From positions 44,755,424 to 44,819,423 of the forward strand of contig JARDVH010000163.1 in the NCBI GenBank assembly GCA_030324005.1: a stretch of 64,000 nt of DNA, given 5' to 3'. The notes under the pieces are model-generated. The model did no database searches, was not told the DNA's origin, and saw only the letters and a program-made list of their open reading frames with translations. The position numbers and the translations under genes were made by a program. Source of the stretch: Negaprion brevirostris (lineage: Eukaryota). Shown here piece by piece: positions 50,001 to 64,000 of the stretch. How positions within the stretch are numbered: position 1 is the first letter of the stretch; each line of letters starts with the position of its first letter.

Positions 50001-53000
50001 CCAGACTAGCTACTTAATCTAACAAAATAAATTACCCATAGTTTTGCATGAAGTTTCAGAAGTATTCTGATTTTCTATACATTTTTGCTGATGTTACTTA
50101 TCAGGTTCTTTGCCATTACCTGTCTTCAGGGCTTAGTTTACAGTGTAAGTAGTATTGCATCAATGCTTTTTGAGATTAAACTTAAACATTATAAATGTCA
50201 CAAAACCAAGAAATGAAAAGATGAGACAATAAATTTACAAAACTTCATAGTGTAAATTCTGCCAATATTGCATTTTACTTTCGATGGACATATTCTCAGA
50301 TGTCTACGACTCCTTTCCTTACCCACTGACATATGGCTAAATGATGTGTAAATTAGAAAAAAAGTGCATGAAATAATGTGCCTCAATTGCATTGTTACTC
50401 AATCAGAAGTGAAAAATTTGTTTGGCCCAGTACCTGGGACTCACTATTTAGTTAAAAAAAAAACAGAACTCTTGATTTGATAAATAGATTTCCAATAAGT
50501 AAGAAACAGGACATATTGTATAACTATTTTGTTTATCCTACCGGTTGAAAATACTTCCATTTGAATTCAGAATGTACAAAGCTACAAATACTACATTCTG
50601 TGATGTAATGTTCTCTCCTGCACATCCAGTTGAAACTTTACACTGATATCGCATTGAACTTTTTAATTTCAAGAACATGCCTTACATTTTAATGAAAGGC
50701 AGCCAGAAAGCGAGAAGAAACTTGTTACCTGTAATCTTTCAAATACTGAGATCTTAACAATCAAACAACAAACGGTTGAGTTGATGTTTCGATGCATTCT
50801 GATACAAAGGCAGGATAGGGTTTTGCAATATTGTCTGTACCTCAAGAGATGCACTAGTTGAACAATATTTGCAGCATTGTTGGGAGAGGAGAATCATTGG
50901 GAAAGTATTCCAGGCAGGTTTTATATATCTCCTTATTACAACCTTTTACATTACAGTATTTATAAGCCAATGTGTGTCAGATATGTTTTAATATGCCAAC
51001 CAGTCTCTTGTGATATTAGTCAAGGTAATCTGCAGTCCGGGATTAAAATTTCACTGATAACGTAGCATTGTATTTAAATTATCATGTCCCTTTAAGACTA
51101 TTTCTCAGGTATTCCTTGTGGGATCGCCTAAATAAGCTCATTTACAGGGTAATTATTGGAGATTGGTAACTCCTGCTGTTGTGAAGAGGCAGGATATCAG
51201 GTCAGAAAGAATTGATAGGAAATAACTTTTTTATTTTTGACTTATACTTTTAATGAATAGAAGGTTGATGTAAGTGTTTAAATATTAATACATGTTCATA
51301 AAGAAACTATTGAGATTTTCCATAATGTATTAACCTTGTAGCATATTCTGGATAATCCAATACATAACAGTGGCTCCTTACTAAAGAAAATGTACAACAT
51401 TCTTCTACCAAATTTTGCCATTTTGTATCATGTGTTGTAATATTTTTGTCACAATGGCTTGAAATATGCATTCATTCAAAACACAGATCAAAAGGCAACA
51501 GATCAGCAATAACAAACTCCAGGGACTCCAAGACTGGGAAGTCATTGAGAGTCTTAACCTTTCACACATAAAAACTGCATTCACATGACACTCTCAATAA
51601 GGCGGTCTTTGGAAGCTACACAAAAAGTACGTTAGTCAGGGATGAAGTACAAAGAAGTTATTTTACTTGTTCTTATATTAAGAGTCATAAACAATGAGAT
51701 GTTGCAGAGGTAATGATTTTTGAGTTTATGAAAGTATATAGTGATATATACTTTAAACCTATTTTTTAAATACTTTAAAGAGACCTCTAACAAAGTTAAA
51801 TACATTAGCATAACTTTGAATTTCAGATGATGCAGATAAATTGTTCCAGCTTTGGTCTTGTGGTTTACGACATGATCTAAATGCTTCGATACTGTGTGTG
51901 CTTTGTAACTCATTCCTGTGTATCCATGATTCTTTATGCATCACATGGAGTTGAACTAGATCTTATTACCTATAATATCACTGCTTAGAATGAAAGGGCA
52001 CTTAGTTCCCACACCAATATGGACATAAATTCTAGATTCCTTCATGGTTTCAAAACAGTGAAAGACATTTAATCCATACAGTAATAAAACTGAACTTGAT
52101 GGATTACATACCAAAAGAGGATTTTGATCAAAGACTTCTGCAATATTACTACAGTATACATATTTTAACAACTGCTTATATTATTATCAATGGGGAAATG
52201 CAGCTTGCAGAACAATTCTCAAAAGTTAAACTAATTTGGAAAGAAAATGCATTAAAGCACCCTGTGGAATGATCAAGTAATGTTCTTTAATTGTAATTGA
52301 AATGTTGGGATTCACTGAAAGAATCGAACGACGGAGTAGTAAACATGAGAAAAAATGAGAAGTTCTAAGACATAGAATGGTCTTTTTAAAAACGCCTTCA
52401 ACAATGCTATTAGCTTGCATCTATTAAATTTATTCCAAGAAAGCACCATTTGAAAGAAAATGATTAGCAAGTGTAAATGATATATTAAAATGAAGAATGG
52501 GGCCTGCTGCGATTACACAATTTATATACCATATTCGTCCCATGAGTCAGTGATGCTATAACAACCCTGGTTTCACTCATCCTTCCTGTGTTCTAAAGCC
52601 CTGGGTCATAAAAACAAAGGTCTTTCCTCAGAAGCTAAGGATGAAAGTAGATCAGAGACTTTCAGCCTGTCACCTTTGAGTAGACACTGGCTGATAACAT
52701 CTACAGATGTGCAACTGAGTTAATTCTTTATTTATTCTCTAACTAAAACCACACTAATATTTATTGATTTTTGATACAGACATTGTAATAAGTGGTGAAT
52801 AAAATTATTAGGGGAAAAGATGTTTCAGATGCCAGTATTTTGAATGTGGAGGTGACAGGCCATATGGCCATTTCTCATCTTATACATTTCTGTGTTCTTA
52901 TAAAATTAACTAGAGTAGAAAGAGCAGCTTGGTGCAGAAACCATTTTTTTTTCTAACCGGTTCCCTGGTGATATTTGTGATACTGATGAGTTCCTTTGAA

Positions 53001-53334
53001 ATACGATGACTTGGGTTCACAACATTTATGGAGTCACCAGTATCGTTCTGGCATAACAGGTCTATTGGTATAGAAATTCCCCAAGATTTGAAATTTGTAT
53101 TGATTGTAAATGTGTTGGTGTATGATTCAATATTCCCATCACACTTGATTTTGGCTTGACCATGACATTCACATGTGCTGAACGGTACCTCATCCTGCAC
53201 TTCCAGCAGGTTAAATGTATGCCAGAGTGAAAGGGAGTGCAAAATACGAAATAAGAAAAAACAGCCAAAAAAAAGTCAGAATTGAAATATTGCAAGCTTT
53301 TTGAAAACAAATCTGGATTTTTTTTTCTGACAAA

Positions 53335-53800
53335 GGCTGGAATACAAAGGACTTAGGCTTCATCCATGGACTTGGTCAGACCAAATCTGGAGAACTGTAT
53401 TAGTTTGGGCCACCAACCTCTGGAAGGATATATCAGCTTTGGGAAAGGGTGGGGTGTAAAGTTTCCAGAGTCATAGCAGGGCTTAAAGGATTAAATTGTG
53501 TGAACAGGTTGCACAAATTTCTCTTATATTTCCTGTCACATAGAGAGGAGTAGGGGGAGAACGTAATCTAATTGAGGTGCTTAAGACGATAAAAGGATTT
53601 GATGGGGCAGACAAAAGCAATCATCTATTTACTCTAGGTGGGGAAGTCAGAACAAGAGGACAAAATCTTAAAATGAGATAAATCTTTCCTGGGTGTGATT
53701 ATCAAGGAATATGAGTAAATGGGGAGGAAATGCAGATCAGCCTTGATCTAATTGAATGATGCAACATGATTGAGGGCAGAATATCCTATTCATGTTCCTT
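53335..53800 (+). mobile_element. CR1 LINE 3' fragment
   Basis: ttggtcagaccaaatctggagaactgt (resembling LVRPxLEYC) and tail agatcagccttgatctaattgaatg...cctattcatgttcc. Confidence 0.65.
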
Positions 53801-54056
53801 TATGCTATAATTTTACATAACTTTTGAGCCTGATTTTAACCCATTCAAAACCATTCCACTTGCAAAGTGTTAAAATCAGCCTATGAGTACACTTCCTCAT
53901 TCTTGAATCATGCAGTGTCAAGATAGGCGCAGGGCAAAAGTGCACAAATATAAATAACTTCTGAATGCTGAACTGCAACTTGTCAAGAATTATTCTTCAT
54001 TGCAAACCAACAGTTTCCTTAACAGAACTGAATGATAGCAATAGATGATGGTGCCG

Positions 54057-54252
54057 CTGTCCAAAGATGTGCGAGTTACGTGGATTGGCCATGCTAAATT
54101 GTCTCTTAATGTCCCCTTAGGGGGATTAGTGGGATAAATGTGAGGTTATGGAGATAGGGCCAGGGGTGGGCCTGGGTAAAATGCTCTGTCAGAGAATCGG
54201 TACAGACTCAATGGACCGAATGGCCTTCTTCCCCATTGTAGGGATTGTATGA
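54057..54252 (+). mobile_element. 5'-truncated SINE (core and CR1-like tail)
   Basis: gtccaaagatgtgcgagttacgtggattggccatgctaaattg...gaccgaatggccttcttc...gggattgtatg. Confidence 0.75.
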
Positions 54253-56006
54253 TTATTTTACTTCAAGGGCAATCTTCTCAGGAAATGATAATATCAAAGC
54301 ACCTCCATTGCAATGACATATTTGTCGCATATAGAGGTCACAATATTCATGACAACAGAACCAATAAATGAGATGGCAATGTGAAGAGCTTTTGAGTATT
54401 TTCAACATAAGACATTTAGAATTTCTCATTCCGTGGTGTTTGATGCAGCTACACGCTTAATCAATTTCTTGTGGAAAAAGAAAATAAGATGTCAATTAAT
54501 TGTGTGCTCAACGTGAAAATAAACCAGGAAGGTTCCTATTTGCCTTAAGGGGAAATTTGTTTATTCAGTCTTTATAGTTTTACAATAGTCTGAACTGTTG
54601 GGTCTCTGAGTTATCAGTGCGCTGCAGAAAGCAGAAACAACATTGTGTGATGCAACTGCACATTAAATAAAGAATAAAAAGCCACAGATGCAAGGAGTCA
54701 TTTTGGCCACCCTTTGTGCCATTAGAATCTAATTTTCTGCCTATTAAAATGTCCCTTACTATTCAGGCGGTAGCAGTAGCCAATGATTGGTGTGTAATTG
54801 ACTATAATTGTCTTTTCACTTTTCATTTATGTCATTCCGTGCTTCCTTCTGTTCTTCAATTTATAGAAAGATTTTCAAGAAAATCCTACCTTTAACACTC
54901 TATCTCCTAGCTTTGAAATGACTCACTTTTAATTATAGATTCCGGTCCCTTGTGACCAATATTAAAAATTAACTGGTGTACATATCAGATGACACCTGTG
55001 TCCAACTTACGCTGACAAATGGAGACAGTATATTTTAATAAAACGATAATGTCAACTTTCCACCAGCTGGTAATACATTTAAAAAGTTTAAGGCCTTTCC
55101 AATGCTATCTGCAATCATTCCATCTGAGGATAATTTACTGACCCACTGGTAACAAAATGGATGTTCTGCAGAGTAGTAACATTCCGATATTAAATGTTAA
55201 AATCGCTTAACAAAGCATTGAACGATAACCCATACATTTTAATCAAAAGGGCAAGTCAATATTGACAGTTCCTATTTGTGCACCTAATATTATTTCCTGA
55301 GCTACATTCAGCAAATAGAGTGGCTATTAATCATGTAGAATCAGTACAATCTCATCTAAAGAGGTCCTTGTAGAAACAGCTCCCTGGGCATATTGTTTGT
55401 CAATTACTCTTATGCTTTTTATCAATTCTCTCTTGAAATTCGCTATTCAGTCTATAGATTTACTATATATAAAGTAGCACTTTTGAATCACACCGTAAAC
55501 ACTGTATGCTGCATATATCAGTCTGTGAATCAAAATGAAGAACGGTAAAATATACGTGTTAGGCACAATAACAGAAAAAAAAATGCATGAAGCAGCTGAA
55601 ATAAAAATGTGAATTGCAAGGTAGGGAACATTTATCAATACTGCTGTTACAGTAACTTTGAATTTCACATTGGATAATGGTTTTAGTTCCATTTGTCAAT
55701 ACTTCTTAGTAGCTATTCTAAATATCATGTTTCAATTATTTTTCCACTGTGTGACTGAATTTTATTTTTTTTCTAAAAATATGATAGATGCAGCAAAATG
55801 TTTATCTTCTGAAGTGTCAAGGGAAGCAAGTGTCTGAAAGATTAGTTTGAACAATGAGTAGCCACAAACTCGCGGTCACATGAGCTGCACAGTCAGATTT
55901 GTGCAATGATTTAAGTTCAGAAAATGCTTCTTCAGTTTTGCCTTGGGTAGTAAACTATTTGGTTCACAGATACAGTAGACACCCTGTTTTGAATCACAAA
56001 ACTGAC

Positions 56007-56221
56007 CTGAGGTGAGAGGCCGTTGCTAACTGTTGGGTTCATGGGATTGGTAGAGCCTGTAGGAGACACAAAGCTGTCTGTATACCCTGAAAATCCATGC
56101 CTGCTGGTGGATAAGCAGTAAGCTGAACTGCTGTCTGGAGTAGAAGGGAGGCTGCTCTGGTGAACTGATGTCGGAGGCAGAGGCTGTGGCCTGTGAACTG
56201 TGTTGCTTGGATCTGAGATTG
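56007..56221 (-). CDS. PAX3: PAX3 exon 7 (Pro/Ser/Thr-rich transactivation region)
   Basis: Acceptor tgctttcag|CA and donor CCTCAG|gtcagt; 215 nt. Translates (A)[71 protein letters not shown]. Confidence 0.97.
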
Positions 56222-59200
56222 CTGAAAGCACAATAACATTTATTGTATCAGTAATGCTGCATCATTTTCATTTTGTAAGAAACAGTTCAATTGGGTCCAA
56301 AGGCAATTTGCTCATGTAACTGTTAAATTGTCAAAAAATACTTTAAAATGGTGATTATGAAAACATTTAAAATTTCAGAATTATAGTTTGATACTGCACT
56401 GTCTGCAGAAAAAAGTGACTGGAAAGTCTATTTTTACTTTTTATAAACACATGTTGTGGTAATGTAAATGCCATCATTGTCAAGTGCCCCTTGCATTTCA
56501 TGTTACAGCGAACAAAATGATTTGAAGGCAAAGTACAGTGTTGGCATGGAGCCTCACTAGACAGGAAAACAGGTCAGAGGATCTGATTCATCATCATACC
56601 TGATTAGCAACCCTCCAAATTTTCAGTGATTGATTTAAAAGCTGGAAAACCTAGAGTGCTACAAATTGGACACACTGGTCTAGATTTTCTCTGAACAGAG
56701 TAAATCCTGATGTCAGGACCATATGTGGGTCCCAAGCGCATAACGTAGGCAGCCAGACAGCAGTGGCAGGAGGCAGCTTATAATCGGCCACCGCAGAGCT
56801 CGCACTGAAGGATGGCAGAATGGTTCTCCACTGCCAATCTGATCAGTGCCTCTCATGGCAGCACCAAGAGAGATGGCCAACACTGAGGTTGCAGGGAGAA
56901 TGAAAGGCCACCTCCATTTTGAGGCACCCTCACTGGGGAGTAAGAACTTTTTTTCTTCTCGTCAGAGTCAGGCAAGTAGACTACAACAGTTAGAGTGGTA
57001 GTTTCTCTAAACCCTTTGGCCATGGAGATGGCCTTTGCAATGAGGCTTGGATCCTGTGGCTCTGATGCCTGCCGCCCCCTCACCCTCCTTGTACCTGGCA
57101 ATTGGCTTATACGGCAGAGCCCATTCACCAATGGCAAAATGCCAGCAGCCCCTCTCAAACTGGCCCCCCAGACGTCATTAGTTATTTCAATTCACTGACC
57201 ACCTCCAGGTGGGCAGCAGGTTGGCAACATAGCCCATAGCATAGCCCAGGGACTGCAAGAGGATCCCTTTTGCCATGGCTCCAGCATTTTAGGAGGAATC
57301 CACCTCCCAGCTTGTCACCTACAAATTCTGCTCAATGTAGCCTATCCCAAATCTTAAATCTGTGTTCAATCAAGTAAGGGTGTATATTGGGATAATCTTG
57401 CAAAACCCATTTTTTTTAGCTTTTTTCCTCTCCAGCAAAAATAGTATTTGCTAAATGCTCTCTCAGAAAGAAATAATTTTATCTTTCTTACGATTACAAA
57501 GGTAGTTGCATCTCATTTAACATACCAAATACATGTTACATTAAAGACAGCCTCAGTATGATTAAAAGAGATGCATTATAATGTCTTGCATTATATATTG
57601 TTGGATTGATCACTCCACACTATAATCAGGACATTTAGCACAATAAATGTTCTCTTAAATATTTATGAATAATATTGGACTTCACCTGTACTGAGAAATG
57701 TATGCATATATTTTACATCCCCTTGTCATTTTCTATTTGCGTGAAGAGTGCAGGTGTAGAAAGGTTCAAAAAGCCTGATTTTTGACTATTCAAAACCCAT
57801 TCACTCGCATAGCATTAAAATTGAGCCCATGCATCATGTCTGCCTCGAAATTCTGGAGATTGGAGCTCAATTTAATTCTTTTCCACCATTATGCATCACT
57901 ACCTATTTTAGCATCAGTTCCTCTTAACGTGCATTAGCTCTCAGTTCTTTCCACTCTGGGGCCTGGTTTAATGTCCTGCCCATGTTGATGGGATGAAAGT
58001 CTCCAGTGTCTGTTGGCTGCAAGGGTCCCATATAATAATGGTGAGCCTTCTTGTAATCAGTCCCTTGTGAATGTGGATCCATTCACTAATTTGAGCTAAA
58101 TTGTACATTTCAAGGTGGAAATAGGTTTTCGGTTGTGGTTTGGAATGAGCAACTTCAATAGAAAAAAATATGAGTGCAGTGTAAAATGGGCTGCTGATTT
58201 GCTGTCACTCATTTTATACTCCAACCAAAGAAGAATTTCACCCCACCCTTCATTCCTTATTTAAGATGGAAAAGATAAATGAGAGCAGTAGAAAGGTACA
58301 ATTAGGTAAGCGTCTATGAATGGAAATATTTCCTTCATGGACTATGCTATAATGAAATGCTCAGCACTGTTTATGCAAAAGTTTATGATTTTGTTACACA
58401 CGGATTTGGAGGCAATCTTTTACCACGTGGGAAAATGTAAAGTGAGTTTAATTTCACATTGAATGTGATTGATAGCACTAGGTCCCAAACTGGTAAGTTT
58501 TCCATTTCCTCGTGCCGACATCTTGAGGATAAAAATTCACCCCAAAATGTTTCCTTAAATCTACACACTAAACTTGTTTGATAGCTATTTAGCATAACTG
58601 GAGGTTATTTCAATGCCATGCAACATCTGGAAAAAATGACTGCAGTAGAAATGTCAAACCGCTTTTAGGAATCGTACAGAAAAGCCTCGTAGGCACAGAG
58701 ATCAAAACAAATGGAAAAACTTTATTACTGGAGGGTAGAAAACAAATTAATAAAAATTATTAAAATTTTGTTTAGTTGCCCCACCATTTTAAAAATGATT
58801 GCGATATTCTTAAATAATTTTGCAGAACAACCATCTTTACCATCAGAATAGGGGATCTCCAATATTTAAATAGCATTGGAGAAAATTTTGTCTTAGAGGC
58901 ATTAGCACTGGATGAGCCAATTGTTATGTCTCACTTGATATTTTTATTTAGTTCTACTCAACTCAGTGGGATGAAACATCAGATTGTATTATTACAGGCA
59001 GCCTAAACCATAATTATCATTAACACCACCACTCAAGAAGATTTTCTACCCCAATCTTTAATCTCCCAAGCTGAAGGAAATATCACATCAGATGCTGTAG
59101 CTATTGTGAAATTATTTCCTTTTTCTTTCCTTCTGGAACAGTTCACTTTTTTTACTGCAATAAAGATAAAAGCCAATGCTAAATTCTGGGGCTTTTTTTC

Positions 59201-59343
59201 CAAAAGTTTCTTGGCTTATTCTAAATAATTCAGGAGCACACAGATCTGGGCAGATGCTTTGAATTGACAATTCCAAAATCTCGTGCTGTAAGAGATACAG
59301 ACATCAAATGTTCACATAGCTTAAATAGGAGGATTTGTTTTAC

Positions 59344-59509
59344 CCTGTGGTATGGATGTAGGAGGATAACTGGCATCAGACAGCTGATAAGGAGACAACG
59401 CTGGCATTGCTGTAGGTGGGAATCCTCCAGGGATCAGGTGATTAAATGCCAATAGTTGATTGGCTCCTGCTTGTTTCCTCCAACGAGCACGGCGATTGCT
59501 GAACCAAAC
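59344..59509 (-). CDS. PAX3: PAX3 exon 6 (homeodomain recognition helix with Ser50; start of the C-terminal region)
   Basis: Not in the ORF track; read manually. Acceptor tttattag|GTT and donor CAGG|gtaaaa; 166 nt. Translates [55 protein letters not shown], in frame with exons 5 and 7. Confidence 0.98.
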
Positions 59510-62500
59510 CTAATAAATTAAACAGGATCACTTCCAGGACAGTTTTAATTGAATTGAATTTATTTTAGCACAATTATCACTATAATTAAAGTATGAATAA
59601 TAAAATGAAAATAAACGAGGATGAGCAGAGTAATTCATAGCTCATGTGCAAAAAAAAACGCCCACTAAAAAGTGAAATATTCCAATATACTAATTCAATT
59701 TTGAAATATGTTTACTTAAGACTGCATTGAGCCTATTGAAAATTAACATGATGTAACTCAAAATACTGTAATTGAGCCAAATATATATTCGTATACCAGT
59801 ATTAGTGATGCATTGAAGATTTACATGATTAGGCAATTATTTGNNNNNNNNNNNNNNNNNNNNNNNNNNNNNNNNNNNNNNNNNNNNNNNNNNNNNNNNN
59901 NNNNNNNNNNNNNNNNNNNNNNNNNNNNNNNNNNNNNNNNNNNCATGATTAGGCAATTATTTGCAGCAATCCTGATGGCAAAGATTATAGAAATTAAGCT
60001 ATTAAAAATGATCTAAAACTCTCCAGGATGATGCCAAAGTAAATGCCAAGTGCAAAAGTCTCCTCTATCTTTACCCAAATATTGCTGCAATCAGTGACCT
60101 TTAGGCTTACTCAATAGGGCATGCTCAGACTCACTAGGAATAAGGAATTTTCAAGGAAGTAAGATTTTCAATAATCTGGTATAAATCTGGGCACGTTCCA
60201 GTTCATGTGAAGGTGTCTGTATAGAACCTGAACACTTCCTGAACAAATCCAACATCTATTCCTTTTATTTTCAAAAAGATGTACAGCTCCTAATTTATTT
60301 CTGCACAAATGATAATTGTGTGGAATTAAACATGTCCAGGTTCTTAAGCAGTTAACTGTCATCAGGTGTTTTATTGCAGTGCAGATGTTTTGGGATAACG
60401 GTCTTGATTTAAAAGGAGCAAAGAACCATCATATAGCTGTCATTTTTTTAAAGTGTTAAAATTTATTACAAGAAATAAAAGTTGGCAGACTTAGTATTCC
60501 TACTGTTTGAGAAAAGTTAAATTCCCAACACTGAACCATCGTGAAGAAGTCACTGATTGACTTAAATCTGTCATTCATGCTGGGTTTAGTAAAAGATCCA
60601 TATGTTAGTTGTTCTGGGGAATTTAGCAGGGAAGTAGATCACAGCAAGCCACATAAAAGATGATAGGCCTCATGAGACCAAATGAAGCTGTGAGGAATGC
60701 AGAGAAGTCACAGGGTTAAAGCTACATTGTGGCAGCTGCTGCATTAATGTGGCTCCTGCATGCACTGAAGGGCAAGTACTTAGAAAGTGTTAGTAATCAT
60801 ACTTCACTCACAATCACTCCTGGAGCTCTGAAAGTTGAATGTTTGTGTAGATAATAAAGATTTTGATGGTGAACAGCAATTACATTATGTGTTGCAGCTC
60901 TTGTTATTTTCCAGCACTCCTTTGTGANNNNNNNNNNNNNNNNNNNNNATGTGAGATAATACATCTATAGAGAGAGGCAAATACCCTAAATTACTTTACC
61001 CAGCCCCATAACCACAGCACTTTTTCCTTCCTTGTCATGTGATCCCACAGATAGCCCTCTAGTGTCTCAGCAGAGCAGCCAGAATGTTGGATATTGCTTT
61101 AGTGTTGGAATTGGTGGACTATTCAATTTGGGATTATTGCAGTTGAGTCTGACAGGGTTCTTATCTGATGCTCATTCATGCACATTTTCTAACTGAGTGC
61201 CAGGATAATGATTGAGAGTAGAAGCCTGGTTAATTGCTCCTCCTTTTAACCAAACGGCTTTGAGGTCCATTTGTAGTTTCTAACCACGGTCAACAAAATA
61301 TGGGGATCGAACCTGACACCATTCTGGTCCATATTAATTAGGATCTTCTTAGGTAGTGCATGAAAAGCCTTCAGGGCAGCTATCCAAAATTATTAATGTT
61401 TAATGTCATAGGGATGCTGAGGTACAGTCCAAGAGGAAACAAGTCATTGACTCTTGTTCATTATTACTGACTTGCTTAATTTTCAAGATCAGCCGTGCCA
61501 TTAGGGAGAAGTAGTGATCCCTACTTTGATATGGAGCCTAGGTTCAGCAGGCAGTGAGTGGAAGGCATGACCATTTTAATGGCTAGGCTTCACTTAAAAA
61601 TATTTGATAGAAGCGCTGTCCGTGCTTTCCCAAATCTGAGATGCAACTTACTGATTTGTCATGGCGGACTCGTGAGAAATCCATCAACTCAGTCACTGAG
61701 ACAGATCTGGGGAATTCTGCACTATAGGTGAGATCCAGGCTGCTTCAGAAGGGGCAAGGAGTGATGATAATTGAATAAGTAAGCAGGCAAGAAAATTTTT
61801 GCTGTACAGCTAAATGTTATTACATTTAGGATGGTCTTGCAAAATGCACCTGAAAGAATGCAGCAGCCATTCCATCTCCAGAAATCCCTTCACGGCTGCT
61901 TCCTAATCTTGCAAATGGAAGGTGCAAATGCAATGTAACTACCCTTCAAAATTGTTGTAGGATGTTATGTACGTCATATGATACTAGTTTACAGATAGCA
62001 GTGAGATAGCCTCAGTGTTGTGCTTTGGGTGGGGAAATATTCTTTCTACTCCCAGCTTTCTACTCTTGGGCCCCTGCAGATAGACTGTCCTAAAAAGACT
62101 TCAGCACAATCCCCGCATCTAGCTTGCTTGGGTCACCCCTCCACTGGTGGATCCAACAAGAGGCCAGAAATGGTCTCCCACTTCATTTGAAGGCTATTGC
62201 TGGGCTTGTGCTTGAGAGAATGCAAATCCAGTGATGCTGAATTTCAGAAGTACTAAGAATCCTGGAGGACTGGGAACACATAACTGCCACTGCAGTTTCT
62301 GCCTCCCCTTTCTCTTTCCTAGGCAAAATGAACAGGAAAATCTTTGATATTTTCAGGAAAAGAGATGGAGAGTGGAAATAGGGCAAAAGGCTCCAGAGGA
62401 GGAAATTGGCAATGACACAGACAGAGACAGCATGACATTGTTCTCCTATAGTACTGAAGTTCTAGTTGTCATGGGATCATTTCCAACTCACTGCTGGAGC

Positions 62501-63309
62501 AATGTGGAAAGCAAAATTGGATGATTTCTACAATAATAGTTGTAACTTAAAAATTATCCCCTATAGGTTTTGGGCAATATGAGTAAACAACTTTCATTCT
62601 ACATTAATATATTGTGAAATAATGCTCTGATACTTCAAATTTGTTCCCATGTAAAAGGGTAGTTAAGAACAATAATCCATAACATAAATTGTCTGCGAGC
62701 AAGTTAAATCTGTGCTATAACGAGTAGGTATTAATGTGCAGTAATTTCTCCAGTTCAGGTCGTAACCCACATTATTAGCATAAATAAAACTCTTCTGGTG
62801 TAGAGTAGTTTCATTCATGTCATTGATAAGGCCTAATGATAAATGCTCTTGGCTATGTTTATCAGCAGCAAAGAAGCCACTCTATGATTACTGTGTTCTC
62901 ATCTACACTCAGTCACACGCTTAATGTCATTTCATATTAGATACTGTGTGCATCTGAGCACAGGTGTATATATCAGATCAATCTGCTTTAAAATGCTTGA
63001 AAGCTCCAAACTTATTACATTGCATCCAAAAAATCTTAATAAACAGGGGATTGGTTTATCACAGAGCACTGTGTCCAGTAATGCAATAAATCAGAGTGTA
63101 TTTATTAAATCAGCCTGAGATTTTTGAAATCCAACAAAAGTACTTCTAAATACATTCAACGAACTAAACTGACTAAACTCGATTTTTCATATAATGAACA
63201 AATCAAATTTATTTTGAAATAATGCCTTCTGTGAAATTTCACAAACGATTAGTGTTCAGAATTTAGTATTGCTCTTTGGAGCATAGTGCACAGATAATGT
63301 ACATTTTCA

Positions 63310-63549
<240 letters not shown>

Positions 63550-63911
63550 TTAATGATCTGTAGTACAGAGACATGTGACAACAATTTCACAGTTGGGTTA
63601 ATTCACAAAAGCAAATGTTTATAACCTGATTGGTGTTTGCATGCAGGCCCTTCACAAAATGTCCATTCACAAATGAATTTGTACATCATGTATGCTTTGA
63701 GTTGTAGCAGAAAGGAAGTGTGCCACCAATGGCAAAACATCCATGAGCAAGAATTTTGCTTTAGGTAACTGTTCATTGCATTCACATTGTGCCTCTCATA
63801 ATCTCAGTATATTCCAGAATACTTTACGACTAATGAAATAATGTAGTCATTACTTTAATGTAGAAAAGGCAGTAGCCAATTCATTCACAACAAGTTCCCA
63901 AAATCTGCTTT

Positions 63912-64000
63912 TTAAGTTTACTTATCAGTGTCACAAGTAGACTTACATTAACACTGCAATGAAGCCACTGTGAAAAACCCCTAGATGCCACACTCCAGTA
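63912..64000 (-). mobile_element. SINE 3' tail, same subfamily as 11298-11400, in PAX3 intron 4
   Basis: aagtttacttatcagtgtcacaagtagacttacattaacactgcaatgaagccactgtgaaaa matches 11300-11385. Confidence 0.7.

Noticed and set aside
59511-59520. TAATAAATTA, a P2-type paired-homeodomain palindrome at the exon 6 acceptor
   Set aside because: Several such 8-base matches are expected by chance in 64 kb of AT-rich DNA, and it overlaps the splice acceptor tract.
59824-59963. 20-bp direct repeat catgattaggcaattatttg on both sides of a 100-N gap
   Set aside because: Typical scaffolding artefact of overlapping contig ends, not a biological duplication or a CRISPR-like repeat.

Overview
This is vertebrate genomic DNA with many N gaps; its SINE, LINE and Penelope families indicate a cartilaginous fish, probably a shark. 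The window holds the 3' half of PAX3 on the minus strand. Five coding exons with canonical GT-AG borders and consistent phases are present: exon 5 (63331-63530), exon 6 (59344-59509), exon 7 (56007-56221), exon 8 (29492-29738) and exon 9 (27195-27229). They encode the S50 homeodomain, the transactivation domain and the PAX3d-type end SAFHYLKPDIA*. An approximately 1.9 kb repeat-free 3'UTR ends at tandem AATAAA signals near 25.3 kb. The paired-box exons lie beyond the right edge. The rest is intronic or intergenic DNA rich in decayed mobile elements: CR1 and L2-like LINEs, tRNA-derived SINEs, Gypsy remnants, an LTR element with no recognisable RT/integrase, Penelope fragments carrying minimal hammerhead ribozyme motifs, Harbinger-like remnants, and a U2-snRNA-headed repeat. 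I cannot demonstrate a wholly new biological system. The best leads are the U2-headed repeat, the hammerhead motifs, and sequence evidence on how the PAX3 C-terminal isoforms and 3'UTR regulation evolved. Comparisons with human sequence and repeat family names are from memory and need checking by alignment.
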